Assembly: GCA_963849325.1 (NCBI GenBank)
Contig: CAWKHF010000009.1
Coordinates: forward strand, 352,001 to 416,000
Source: an uncultured Planctomycetota bacterium
GTDB lineage: Bacteria; Planctomycetota; Planctomycetia; Gemmatales; Gemmataceae
Direction of reading: 5' to 3'
DNA length: 64,000 bases
The position numbers and the translations under genes are program-made. How positions within the stretch are numbered: position 1 is the stretch's first letter; every line of letters starts with the position of its first letter. Positions 1 through 9,725 of the stretch are shown here, one piece after another. The notes beneath the pieces were generated by a model. The model saw only the letters and a program-made list of their open reading frames with translations. It was not told where the DNA came from and did not search any database.

Positions 1-281
1 GTGGTTATTGTAGCGGGGAGGGAGACCCGCCGCTGGAGTAATTGCTTTCGCAGCCAATCAAAATCATGTCCATGCACTCCTCGAAACGACTTCATGGTTT
101 CGGCATGACGAGTTTCCGGCTCGCTCGCCAGGATCAGCGCCTTGAGGATGCACTCCACGGCATATCCCGCCAGGTAAACCGAGGCGGTGGTGTAGTCGTG
201 TCGCAGCAGGAATTGAACTTCTTGCAGCCGCTGTTCCGCGGCGCGGAAGAAGCGGCGCGGCTCTTTCGCCAGGCGAGCCAT
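1..281 (-). CDS. HEPN domain protein (partial, runs off the left edge)
   Basis: Manually translated from ATG at 281: MARLAKEPRRFFRAAEQRLQEVQFLLRHDYTTASVYLAGYAVECILKALIL...HGHDFDWL. The 'YLAGYAVECxLKA' and 'HD' pattern is typical of HEPN. Not in the ORF track. Confidence 0.75.
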   Translation of the reverse strand, partial: MARLAKEPRRFFRAAEQRLQEVQFLLRHDYTTASVYLAGYAVECILKALILASEPETRHAETMKSFRGVHGHDFDWLRKQLLQRRVSLPATIT

Positions 282-293
282 GAGAGCAACCCA

Positions 294-1316
294 TCACCAG
301 CGGAGGACGGCGGTGCCCCAGGCGAGACCGGCGCCGAAGCCGCTGAGCACCGCCAGTTGCCCCGCCCTCAGCCGCCCCTCGGTGATCGCTTCATCGAGGG
401 CCAGCGGCACGGAGCCGGCGGACGTGTTGCCGTAGCGGTCGAGGTTGTTGAACACCTTGCTGCGCGGGATGTGCAGGACGTCGATGGCGGCGTTGATGAT
501 GCGAATGTTGGCCTGGTGCGGGATGTACAGATCGACGTCCTGCGGCCGCAGCTCGCTGGCTTGCAGAACGTCCTGGATGGTGTCCGACAGGATGGCCACC
601 GCCCAGCGGAAGACGGCCCGGCCATCCATGTACATGTAATGCAGACCCTTGCCCAACAACTCCGGCGTCGGCGGCATGCGGCTGCCACAGGCCGGCCGAC
701 TCAGCAGGTCGCCGCCTCCGCCGTCGGAGCCGAGGCTGAAGCTGAGCAGCCCCTGGTCCGGTCGGCCGCGGGTCAGTACGACCGCGCCGGCCCCATCGCC
801 GAACAGCGGATACGTCTTGATGTCGGTCGGGTTGAGGATGCGCGAGTTGCAGTCGCCGCCGACGATCAGGGCCGTGCTGCTGGCGCCCGAGGCGACGTAG
901 GCCGCTCCCGTGATGAGGGCGTACATGAAGCCGGCGCAGGCCGCTTGCACTTCCAGGGCCGCTCCACTGATCTTGAGACGATCTTGCAGTAGGCAGGCCG
1001 TCGAGGGGAACGACATGTCCGGCGTGAACGTGGCCAGCACGATCAGGTCGATGTCCGAGGGCGTGACGCCGGCGTTATTCAGGCAGCGCGTTGCCGCCTC
1101 GTAACAGAGATCACTGGTGGCCTGGTGCGGCAAGGCGTGGCGGCGCTCGAGAATGCCGGTGCGCTTGACGATCCAGTCGGAATCGAAGCCGAACCGCGCG
1201 TGCAGGTGGTCGTTGGTGACGACGGCGTCGGGCACGTAGCTGCCCGTCCCGAGCACACGCACTCCCATCAGACTGCGACAGCGCGGGCGCGGAAGTGGGA
1301 TGCGTTCTTCGCTCAT
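294..1316 (-). CDS. fabH: 3-oxoacyl-ACP synthase III
   Basis: Motifs GTGSYVP, RTGILERR, AACAGF (catalytic Cys), FGDGAGA, PHQAN, GNTSAGS, GFGAGLAWG. Confidence 0.95.
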   Translation of the reverse strand: MSEERIPLPRPRCRSLMGVRVLGTGSYVPDAVVTNDHLHARFGFDSDWIVKRTGILERRHALPHQATSDLCYEAATRCLNNAGVTPSDIDLIVLATFTPDMSFPSTACLLQDRLKISGAALEVQAACAGFMYALITGAAYVASGASSTALIVGGDCNSRILNPTDIKTYPLFGDGAGAVVLTRGRPDQGLLSFSLGSDGGGGDLLSRPACGSRMPPTPELLGKGLHYMYMDGRAVFRWAVAILSDTIQDVLQASELRPQDVDLYIPHQANIRIINAAIDVLHIPRSKVFNNLDRYGNTSAGSVPLALDEAITEGRLRAGQLAVLSGFGAGLAWGTAVLRW

Positions 1317-1441
1317 GAAAATCGGGCCGCCTGCTACGGGACCGGGACCAGACCGCGGGAGTGAGATCGAGCAATCGCACCCAAAAGGTGCGCGAGAGTA
1401 ACCAAGTCGTACTATACCGCTCTCCGCTCCCTTTGGCTAGT

Positions 1442-1507
1442 TTCTCCCCAGCCGCTTGCGGATTAACGAAGCAGGGACCGTCGCGAAGCCGCAAGCGGCT
1501 GGAGAAG
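1442..1507. repeat. REP-like hairpin, family D (GCCGCT(T/G)GCGG...CCGC(A/C)AGCGGC)
   Basis: Inverted arms gccgcttgcgg / ccgcaagcggc; related hairpins at 17153-17200 and 56629-56668. Confidence 0.7.
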
Positions 1508-1512
1508 CCATT

Positions 1513-2862
1513 CTAGTTCTCCAAATACCCCACCAGGGCTGACAGCGCGTGCTGGGTGTAGTCGATGCGCAAGTTGCCGTCTCGGAACGAGGCATGGAAG
1601 GCGCCGACCAGTCGAGGCCGATACCACTCGGCGAAATGCTGGGCGTTGGCGTCGGTGTACTGCAACCGCACCACGAACTGCAAGCCGCGCTCCAGCACCT
1701 CGGTGTAGCGCTGGTGCCGCGGCACGTCGGCGGCCGACCGCGCCACCCGGCACGCCTCGGCGAGGCTTTCGGCGCAGGCCGCCGAGCCAACGGTCGGCGG
1801 CGAATCCACCGCCTTGCCATCCGACCAGCCCATGAACCCGCCGTACCACGCCAGCCGGTGTGGCTCGATTTGATCGTATTGCAAGCCGCATAGCCAGTCG
1901 TTCATCTCGTAGACGAACGCGGCGAAGGCCGGCTCCTTCGTCTGCGCATACGCTTCGGCACCGGCCGCCGTCTGCCACGGTACGAAGGCCGTGTTGCGAT
2001 GGGCGTTCCACCAGGGGCGATAATACGCCGCCGCCTTGCGAGCCAACTCCACCTTCCAGGACGCCGGCCGGTGCTTCTGGCTGCGCAACACGGCGAACAG
2101 CGCCAGACCCGGGTACTCGCTTACGCAGTCGGTATCGTCTCCTTCCGGCTTGTCGCCGTCGGCGGCGTCGTTGCAGCGAAGCGAGCCGTCCACACGGGCC
2201 TGACGGTGAATCCAGTTACACAACTGCTCCGATTTGTCCAGCAAATCCGGCTGCGGCGCGGGCAACTCGTTGATGGCCAGGACCAGCAGGCCGGCAGCGC
2301 CCAGCCGATTGACGACGGCGGAAGGCAGCGCCGTGTGGCGCTCCTGCGGGTCGGAAGAATCGGTGACGGTCTCGTCGAGCAGGGTCAAGATGGCCTGAGT
2401 CGCTCGGGCGGCGTAGCGTTCCTCGCCGAGGAAACGCGCGGCGCGGGCCAGGGCGAAGGCGGCGCCGACCTGGCGCAGGTAATTATCGCCCTCCATCTCG
2501 GTTTTCAAGGCCGGCAGATAGCCGTACAGGAAGCGGCCCTTGAGTCCGTTGATTCGGTAAAGCCAGTCGGCGCCGCGCTGGCAGCTGCCGAGCATCTCTT
2601 TCTGCAACGGCCCCAGCTTGGAGAAGTCGCGGGCCGGACCTTTGGCGGGCGGAAGGAACGAGGCCGGAGAGAGAGCGGGAGTGTCCTTTCGGGGAGCCGG
2701 ACGGGGCGCCATCGGAGCTTCCGGGAGGGTTGTTTCGGGGGAACGGGCGGCGGGAACATTTGTCGGGACGGGGATGGTGGGGCGGTCCTCGCCCCGTGTC
2801 AGCGAGAAGGTCATGACACCGGCGAGGGCCAGCAGCAGGACGCTGAGGATGCGAATGCGCAT
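1513..2862 (-). CDS. Secreted hypothetical protein, probable alpha/alpha toroid fold
   Basis: Signal peptide, Pro-rich linker, motifs GRFLYGYLP...DNYLRQ and C-terminal RIDYTQHALSA. Confidence 0.6.
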   Translation of the reverse strand: MRIRILSVLLLALAGVMTFSLTRGEDRPTIPVPTNVPAARSPETTLPEAPMAPRPAPRKDTPALSPASFLPPAKGPARDFSKLGPLQKEMLGSCQRGADWLYRINGLKGRFLYGYLPALKTEMEGDNYLRQVGAAFALARAARFLGEERYAARATQAILTLLDETVTDSSDPQERHTALPSAVVNRLGAAGLLVLAINELPAPQPDLLDKSEQLCNWIHRQARVDGSLRCNDAADGDKPEGDDTDCVSEYPGLALFAVLRSQKHRPASWKVELARKAAAYYRPWWNAHRNTAFVPWQTAAGAEAYAQTKEPAFAAFVYEMNDWLCGLQYDQIEPHRLAWYGGFMGWSDGKAVDSPPTVGSAACAESLAEACRVARSAADVPRHQRYTEVLERGLQFVVRLQYTDANAQHFAEWYRPRLVGAFHASFRDGNLRIDYTQHALSALVGYLEN

Positions 2863-3040
2863 GGGTCAGGCCTCCTTGCCCACGAGAGCGCACGATGGAT
2901 CGGCGATCCTCCCTCCTGGCGGATCGTCCACGGATGGCCCCACCTCGGCGAGGTGAGACCCCATCGTCAACGCAAGTTATACAGCGCCGGGTCGTAAACG
3001 ATCAATCGGAACCGGGGAGCAAGAGACTCGCATGGGCGGC

Positions 3041-3442
3041 TCAACTCGCCGGAGGAGCCGGAGGAGTGCCGGGAGTCGCCGGCGCTTGGCTCTGGGCCGG
3101 TTCCGGCGGCGGAGCGGCGGGCGGTTCCTGGCCGGGCAAGAGGATGTGACGGATGCGCACGCTGGTGTACGGCTGGCGATGGCCGCGCAAACGGCGATAG
3201 TTCTTGCGGCGGCGGAAGTGCTGGATGTACAGCTTCGTCGAAGGGTGCTCGACCACTTCGCCGAGGACGCGCATGCCCTCGACCATTGGTTGACCGATGC
3301 GCGTGTCGTCGCCATTCTGAAAGAGGAGGACACGACCGAACTCGACGCGGGCGCCCTTGTCGCCCGCACGGTAGTCTACCTTCACCACATCGCCTTCGCT
3401 GACCCGGTATTGTCGGGAACCGTCTTCAAAGACTGCGTACAT
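3041..3442 (-). CDS. rplU: 50S ribosomal protein L21 with Pro/Ala-rich C-terminal extension
   Basis: MYAVFEDGSRQYRVSEGD...FRRRKNYRRLRGHRQPYT; ATG at 3442. Confidence 0.95.
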   Translation of the reverse strand: MYAVFEDGSRQYRVSEGDVVKVDYRAGDKGARVEFGRVLLFQNGDDTRIGQPMVEGMRVLGEVVEHPSTKLYIQHFRRRKNYRRLRGHRQPYTSVRIRHILLPGQEPPAAPPPEPAQSQAPATPGTPPAPPAS

Positions 3443-3641
3443 GTTTTCGCTCAACCGTGTTTTCAATCCATCTCTCCGGTTGCCCAGAGAGAAAAAAAAG
3501 GACCAACCCGCCGGAAGCTGTAACAGTAGTAAAGACGGAGGCACTTGGCCAGACGGTGGCAGCATTTCTCCGCACCCGCGAGCCGAAACCCGTGGCGATC
3601 GGCGGCGGGTCCGATTGCCTGGGAGCGCAACGACCGGAGCA

Positions 3642-4352
3642 TCAGCCCGTCCGCAGTCGGCCTTTGGGATAGACCGCGATCACCGACCCGGCCGCGAAGA
3701 CGGTGGACATCGGTGTCGCCTTGTCCAGCACCGCCCATTCCGGGCCGTAGACGCGGACCCAATCCAGATCGATGCGATACGAACGCACGGGGAACACTTC
3801 CCACAGCGGATGAGCTACCTGGTAACGGAGCGGCTGTCCACTCCGGGTCCGGCCGTATCCCCAGTGATGTTCCTTGAAGAAATGTTCGTCGCTGCTCTCG
3901 CTCGGCAGGAAGGAGGGTTTGCCGCCGCGGACACCGAGGACGTTCTCCCGGCCAGCCCAGCGCAGCCGATACTCCAGGCTGCGGCTGCCGGCGTCATCTT
4001 GACAGTGACTTGTCACCGGGGCAGCGAGATAGGGTTCGTGGTAAATCGTCCGCGCCAGCCAGGCGACGAGGCGCTGCGGCACGAACTCGCGCACGAACAC
4101 CACCCCGCGGTCGTCGCCGTGCCGGACGTAAAAACGCAGGTTCAGCTCCGTGAAGTTGCGGAAGCCGGGCCATGGCACGCCGAGGACGCGCATGTTGAGG
4201 AACTCGAAAGCGACGAGACTGACGAAGGCGTCCCCGTTGCGCATGTCGAGCGCCAGGCCGGCCGGAAGGCGCGGCTTGAGCAGGGACGGCGGCACAGCGT
4301 AGGTGGCGAGGAACAGGTTCCGCCATTCGGCGGTCAGAAAGGGGCGGCTCAT
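3642..4352 (-). CDS. DUF2071 (YqjF family) protein
   Basis: FLTAEWRNL...YAVPP...LDM...VSLVAF...FTELNLRFYV pattern. Confidence 0.85.
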   Translation of the reverse strand: MSRPFLTAEWRNLFLATYAVPPSLLKPRLPAGLALDMRNGDAFVSLVAFEFLNMRVLGVPWPGFRNFTELNLRFYVRHGDDRGVVFVREFVPQRLVAWLARTIYHEPYLAAPVTSHCQDDAGSRSLEYRLRWAGRENVLGVRGGKPSFLPSESSDEHFFKEHHWGYGRTRSGQPLRYQVAHPLWEVFPVRSYRIDLDWVRVYGPEWAVLDKATPMSTVFAAGSVIAVYPKGRLRTG

Positions 4353-4756
4353 GGTGGCTCTCCGCGGGACAGTCTATCGGTCCACTTCTGGAACCGCAAC
4401 CCGAGCGGAATGCTCACGCGAGCATTCGTCTGTCATTCGATGATTTCCGCTGCCATCTGAATGGCGCAGACTGATCCTGCCTCTTTCCCTTCCGTTTTTA
4501 CCGCATCGATTTGCCCGGCCTCTCGCCGCGACCTATAGTCAGAACGGAACGCCCGTGAAAACCATCGCCGCGGATGGCGACAGACATTCGACTGCCGCAT
4601 GAAAGTTCGTACCTGACGGAACTTGGGCTGCGGAGAACAGCAACGGCGCTGCTTTCCGTTGGCGGCTGCGGTGGTCTCCGCCCCCCTGGAAGGACACCTC
4701 CTCCCCTTTCGCCTGGGTCCATGAAACGCCCGACTCCCGCCCGGAGGCGAGTGGTG

Positions 4757-5689
4757 ATGTGCTGGCACGATGGACGCAACCGCGCCGGGTTCACGCCGAT
4801 CGAACTGCTGGTTGTCCTGGCGATCGCCGTGACGCTGATCGCTCTACTGCTGCCCGCCTTGCAGAAATTCCGCGAGGCTGCCAGCGGCTTGACGTGCCGC
4901 GATCGCCTCCGCCGGCTCGCCCTCGCCGGCCATCACTGCAACGATACGCGGCACTCTCTGCCAGCCGGGCTGGGCTGGTTCCCCTCCCCGTTCCCCCCTG
5001 GCGCCTATGGGACCGCCCTGTTCCATCTCCTGCCGTATATCGAGCAGGACCATCTCTACCGGAACGCGGCGATGGGACCGTATTATTTCGCCGCGCGGGA
5101 GGATCTCTTCGCCCATCCCCTCGCGCTGTATCGCTGCCCTTCCGATCCCAGCGTCGGGCCGGGGGGAGTGGTCCGCGACGCGGACGGCGTCACCTGGGGG
5201 GCGAGCAGTTACGCCTGGAATGCCCAGGTGTTTTGCCAGGTCTCAAGCGCCGGCGTTTTTCTCGATGCTCAGGGGCAGGCGCGTCTCGCCGCCGACTTTC
5301 CGGACGGCACTTCCCGCACCATCCTCTTCGCGGAAAAGTACGCCGACTGCGACAACGACAGCTATCCGGCGGGCGGCAACTACTGGGCCTACTGGATCAC
5401 CGGCGCCGGCGTCCGTCCGTGTCATCCGGGCTTCGCGATCTCCTGGAACGGCTCCAGCATCGGACCCGGCTCGAAGTTTCAGTCGCAGCCGACGCCCTAC
5501 CGGGGCGGCTGCGATCCGACGCGAGCCTCGTCGCCGCATCCCGGTGGAATCCACGTCGGCATGGGCGATGGCAGCGTCCGGTGTCTATCCGCGGGCATCA
5601 CGCCTTCCGCGTGGTGGTCCCTGTGTACCCCTGCCGGCGGGGAGGAGGTTTCTCCCGGCGGGGAGGAGGTTTCTCCCGACGGCGAGTGA
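4757..5689 (+). CDS. DUF1559 protein with prepilin-type N-terminal motif
   Basis: GFTPIELLVVLAI...LLLPALQKFREAA, LLPYIEQ, CPSD, DGTSRTILFAE, H-x9-DG (HPGGIHVGMGDGSV). Probable ATG at 4757. Confidence 0.9.
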   Translation: MCWHDGRNRAGFTPIELLVVLAIAVTLIALLLPALQKFREAASGLTCRDRLRRLALAGHHCNDTRHSLPAGLGWFPSPFPPGAYGTALFHLLPYIEQDHLYRNAAMGPYYFAAREDLFAHPLALYRCPSDPSVGPGGVVRDADGVTWGASSYAWNAQVFCQVSSAGVFLDAQGQARLAADFPDGTSRTILFAEKYADCDNDSYPAGGNYWAYWITGAGVRPCHPGFAISWNGSSIGPGSKFQSQPTPYRGGCDPTRASSPHPGGIHVGMGDGSVRCLSAGITPSAWWSLCTPAGGEEVSPGGEEVSPDGE

Positions 5690-5750
5690 CGGCGGCTCGG
5701 ACATCCGCACCGCACGGGGTTGTTGGACGACGGCGGGGAGGACGAACGCG

Positions 5751-6221
5751 ATGAGCAGGCGAGGAGGCGCGAGCGGTTCGGCTCGACTCGGAGCGGTGTT
5801 CCTGCTCGGCTCTCTCGTCGTCTCCGGCTGTGGCCCGGAGACGGCGTCGGTGTCGGGCAAGGTCCGGTTCCGCCGACAGCTCTTGAAGAGCGGCACCGTG
5901 ATCTTCCTCGCCGACAATGGGGAAATGTCCTCCAGTCTTCTCGCTCCGGACGGCACCTATCACGTGCCGCGCGTGGCACCCGGGACTGTCCGCGTCGCCG
6001 TGGTCAGTCATCCGGCCGTGCCTCCCGGCTTGCAAAGGGGCCAACCGTTCATCCCCCGTTCGAGGAGCGACCGATCCACAAAGATCCGCGACTCGCGCAG
6101 TCCGTCTATCTTGACCATCTGCACGCCGATTCCCGAGAAATACAGTCATCCGGAAGAGTCGGGGCTTGTCTTCACGGTACACTCGGGCAACGAGACCCTC
6201 GACTTCGATCTGGAGCCATAA
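5751..6221 (+). CDS. Lipoprotein with carboxypeptidase-regulatory-like domain (DUF1559 partner)
   Basis: Lipobox VSGC, VSGKV, GTVIF, DGTY, IPEKY...SGL...DFDL. Confidence 0.8.
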   Translation: MSRRGGASGSARLGAVFLLGSLVVSGCGPETASVSGKVRFRRQLLKSGTVIFLADNGEMSSSLLAPDGTYHVPRVAPGTVRVAVVSHPAVPPGLQRGQPFIPRSRSDRSTKIRDSRSPSILTICTPIPEKYSHPEESGLVFTVHSGNETLDFDLEP

Positions 6222-6227
6222 AAACGA

Positions 6228-6400
6228 GGGAATAGGGAATAGGGAATAGGGAATAGGGAAGAGGGAATAGGGAATAGGGATGAGACCCTGCTTTCCTATT
6301 CCCTATTCCCTCTTCCCTCTTCCCTATTCCCTCTTCCCTATTCCCTATTCCCTCTTCCCTCTTCCCTATTCCCTATTCCCTATTCCCTATTCCCTATTCC
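6228..6400. repeat. Inverted heptamer tandem array (GGGAATA)n / (TATTCCC)n
   Basis: About 7 units at 6228-6280 and about 15 complementary units at 6297-6400, between convergent genes. Confidence 0.95.
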
Positions 6401-7797
6401 GTACCGTGGGGAAGGGAAACGGTGACGGTAGTGCCCTGGCCGACGGTGCTGGCGACGGCGATGTGTCCGCCGTAGGCGTTGACGATGGCCTGGCAGATGC
6501 TCAGGCCCAGGCCGGTGCCGCCGGTGGGCTGGGCGCGCTGCCGCGACTTGTCGGCCCGGTAGAAACGCTCGAACACGTAGGGCAGGTCCTCCGCGGCGAT
6601 GCCGGCCCCCGTATCGCGGACGCACAACCGCACCGGCTCCGTGCGCGACGGGGCGCTGACCTCGATGGTCACGCGGCCGCCGGGCGGGGTGAACTTCAGT
6701 GCGTTGTCCATCAAATTATGGACTACCTCGCGCAGATGTACCTTATTGCCGCGCACCGCCACGGGGTCGGAGGCCTTGACGCACAGCTCCAGGCCACGCT
6801 GCTCGGCGATGCCCTGGAACATATCCACCGCCTGGCTGGCCAGCTGGTCCAGTCGCACCGGGCCGTCGGCGTGCAGCAGACCGGCGTCGCCCTCGGCCAG
6901 CAACAGCAGCTGGTTGATGAGAGTGGCCAGGGCGGCGCACTCCTCGACCAGGTCGGCGAGCAGGTCGCGGTACTCCGCCGGCGAACGATCGCGCTGCAAG
7001 GCGACCTCGACCGAGGTGCGCATGGCCGCCAGCGGCGAACGCAGCTCGTGGGCCGCGTTGGCGACGAAAGTACGCTGCTGCTCCAGGTGGGCGGCCAGGC
7101 GGTCGAGCATCCCGTTGATCGTCGCCGACAACTGATCCAGCTCGTCGCCGCTGCCTCGTAGCGGCAAACGCTCGCTCAGGTTGTCCGGGTGCAGGCGCGC
7201 GGTCATCTGCAAGATGGTGGCCAGCGGACTGGTGGCCCGACCCGCCAGCCAGTAGCCGCTCAAGGGAGCCAGCACCAGGATGAAGGCGAACGCCAGCAAG
7301 ATCATCTCGGTCAAACGCCAGATGTCGTCATCGACCGTGCTACGCTTGGCGCCGACGCGGAGGATCAGCTGGGGAGAGTGGCCAGTCGCCGGAATGGGCC
7401 GCTGCAGCAGACGATACTCGTCGCGGTTGTAGGGTCCGTGTTTGACGGCCTTGACCATCGGCATGTGCAGCTCGGGCGCGTCCTGGCTCGACCAGAGCAC
7501 CGAGCCGTTCGAGTCGAAGATGCGCACGTACCAGCCGCGATCGCGGTGGCTGAGCGCCTTGCGGTTCAACTCGTCCTTGATGAGATCCCATTTCGGGTGG
7601 AAGCGCTCGATGTTCAGGCGCACCTCTTCCACTTCCTCGGCCAGCAGCGTATCCATCTCGCCCAGCAGCGTCCAGCGCAGCCCTTCGCGCACGCCCCACA
7701 GGGCGGCGCTGACCAGGACGAGCAGGACGATCGTGTTCCAGAAGGTGAGTTGGAAGCGGAGGGTCCGAAAGAGGTGTTCAAGAGGCCCGAAGCGCAT
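6394..7797 (-). CDS. Sensor histidine kinase (2TM-HAMP-HisKA-HATPase, CusS/CzcS-like)
   Basis: AHELRSP H-box, NLMDNALKF, DTGAGI, FERFYR, GTGLGLSI. Confidence 0.92.
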   Translation of the reverse strand: MRFGPLEHLFRTLRFQLTFWNTIVLLVLVSAALWGVREGLRWTLLGEMDTLLAEEVEEVRLNIERFHPKWDLIKDELNRKALSHRDRGWYVRIFDSNGSVLWSSQDAPELHMPMVKAVKHGPYNRDEYRLLQRPIPATGHSPQLILRVGAKRSTVDDDIWRLTEMILLAFAFILVLAPLSGYWLAGRATSPLATILQMTARLHPDNLSERLPLRGSGDELDQLSATINGMLDRLAAHLEQQRTFVANAAHELRSPLAAMRTSVEVALQRDRSPAEYRDLLADLVEECAALATLINQLLLLAEGDAGLLHADGPVRLDQLASQAVDMFQGIAEQRGLELCVKASDPVAVRGNKVHLREVVHNLMDNALKFTPPGGRVTIEVSAPSRTEPVRLCVRDTGAGIAAEDLPYVFERFYRADKSRQRAQPTGGTGLGLSICQAIVNAYGGHIAVASTVGQGTTVTVSLPHGTE

Positions 7798-8449
7798 AAC
7801 CTCGCCCTCGCACGGTCTGGATGATCGAGGCGGAATCCTCGCGGTCGATCTTCTTGCGGATGCGGTTGATGTGGACCTCGATGACGTTGGTGGTGCCCTC
7901 CCAGTCCGTCTCCCACAGATGTTCGCACAGCATCTTGCGCGTGACCACCCGACCGGCGTGTCGCATCAACAACTCGAGGATGCTGAACTCGGTGGGCGTC
8001 AGGTCGATCTCCATGTCGCCCTTTTGGACGCGCCGCGTGGTCAGGTCGAGGTGGATGTCGCCGACCTCCATGACGACGGGCGGCCGATCGACCGTGCGTC
8101 GGCACACCGCTTCCAACCGCGCCATCAGTTCGGGAAAAGCGAACGGTTTGACCAGGTAGTCGTCGGCACCGGCCTTCAAGCCGGTGACGCGGTCCTCCAC
8201 CGCGCCGAGGGCGGTCAAGAGCAGGATCGGCGTCCGCACGCCGCCGCCGCGGACCTTCTTCAGCACCTCCAGGCCCGACATGCCCGGCAGCAGTAAATCC
8301 AGGAGGATCGCGTCGAAACGCTGGCTGAGGGCTTGTTCCACTCCATGTTTGCCATCCTTGACCCAGGCGCAGGCGTGCCCCGCTTCGCTCAGCCCCTTGT
8401 TCAACGATTTACCCATTACCGGATCGTCTTCCACCACAAGAACATTCAT
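7778..8449 (-). CDS. OmpR-family response regulator (CusR-like)
   Basis: VVEDD, LDLLLP, GADDYLVKPF, NVIEVHINRIRKK, TVRGRGY. Confidence 0.93.
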   Translation of the reverse strand: MNVLVVEDDPVMGKSLNKGLSEAGHACAWVKDGKHGVEQALSQRFDAILLDLLLPGMSGLEVLKKVRGGGVRTPILLLTALGAVEDRVTGLKAGADDYLVKPFAFPELMARLEAVCRRTVDRPPVVMEVGDIHLDLTTRRVQKGDMEIDLTPTEFSILELLMRHAGRVVTRKMLCEHLWETDWEGTTNVIEVHINRIRKKIDREDSASIIQTVRGRGYALRAS

Positions 8450-8654
8450 CGCCTGGATACCTTGTTGTCTCCACTCGTCCGGTGGGAGAGACTAGCTCGT
8501 TGCGCCGAGGGATGCGGAACGAGGTTCCTTGCCGCGTTTCGTCCGTAGGGAAACCGCGAGTCATCCTTTCTCTATTCTATCCAGAGGGAACTCCGCGCGT
8601 CAAAGGAATCACCGCAATTGGACGATGAAACTTAGGGAGAAATGGCTGCCGGCT

Positions 8655-9725
8655 TCAGGCCGGTTTGACGTCCCCCGCCGTGGGAGTGCGCCGGGCGAGT
8701 TCCTGCGCGATGAACGTGTCCACGATCAGTTGACCGACATGGTAAAACACCATCGGTACCACGGCCAGCGGATGCGCCTCCTTGAAGTACGTCTCGAACA
8801 ACAGCAGGGCGACCGGCAGCGTCTTCTGGCTGCACGCGAAGGCGACGGCGATGCGGTCGGGACGGTCGAAGCGTAGCGCCTTGCTGCTGTACAAGCCCAC
8901 GAACAGGGCCGTCAGGTGCAGACCCAGGCACAGGCTGGCGGTCCCCAATAAGAGAGCGGGCGACGGCAACTCCGCCCGCGCCGTCAAGCGGCCCGCGACG
9001 TCGGTCGCCGCCTTGAGAATGATGCTGAAGATCAGCAGACGCGAGAGGATGCCCATCGCGGTCTTGCCGCGCGAAGCCAGCCGCGCCAGCGGCGGCGAGG
9101 TCCGGGCCAGTTGTCCCAGTCCCACCGGCACGACCAGGACGACGAGCAGTTCGCGCATCATGGCGGCGGTGTCCACGCCGACGGCGGCGCCGGTGGTCCA
9201 GCCCAGCCAGGCCGTCGTGACCAGCCAGCTCGTCGCCGTGGTCAGCAGAGTGACGAGCAGGGCCGTCGCTTCGCGGCCGCCGGCCATGCGCGTCCACAGC
9301 ACTGCCGAGGCCAGCGTACTGGGCACGCTCGCCGAGATGAGCAGACCGATACGGTAATCGGGTTCCGTCACGAGCGGGCCGGTCAGCCAGGCCAGGGCCG
9401 GCAGCGCGGCGTAACTGAGCAGCGCCGCCCACAGCGCCGGCAACGGGCGAAGCACGGCTCGCCCCAGGCTGCGGCTCTCCAGCCCCCAGGCCATCAGGAA
9501 CAGCGCTGCGCCGACCACGCCGCGCGGCGGCACCGGCGCCACCAGTGGACGCAGCCAGTCCGGCCGAACCGCCGCCAGCGTCACGCCCGTCACGAGGGCA
9601 AGGAGGAACCAGTGCCGTTGGAAAAAGGGAGGATTGAAGGTGGAGGATTGACGATTGGAAGACAGACGCTCGATCCCTTTTCGTCGCTCCGTTTCTTCCG
9701 AGTTGTTGCAGTCCTCACTCATCAA
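8655..9725 (-). CDS. Bile acid:sodium symporter family transporter (start uncertain)
   Basis: Multiple hydrophobic helices; PSTLASAVLWT, SQKTLP, YHVGQL. Confidence 0.85.
   Translation of the reverse strand: MMSEDCNNSEETERRKGIERLSSNRQSSTFNPPFFQRHWFLLALVTGVTLAAVRPDWLRPLVAPVPPRGVVGAALFLMAWGLESRSLGRAVLRPLPALWAALLSYAALPALAWLTGPLVTEPDYRIGLLISASVPSTLASAVLWTRMAGGREATALLVTLLTTATSWLVTTAWLGWTTGAAVGVDTAAMMRELLVVLVVPVGLGQLARTSPPLARLASRGKTAMGILSRLLIFSIILKAATDVAGRLTARAELPSPALLLGTASLCLGLHLTALFVGLYSSKALRFDRPDRIAVAFACSQKTLPVALLLFETYFKEAHPLAVVPMVFYHVGQLIVDTFIAQELARRTPTAGDVKPA

Noticed and set aside
6280-7161. ORF beginning PYSLFP repeats
   Set aside because: It is a translation of the heptamer array running antisense to the histidine kinase.
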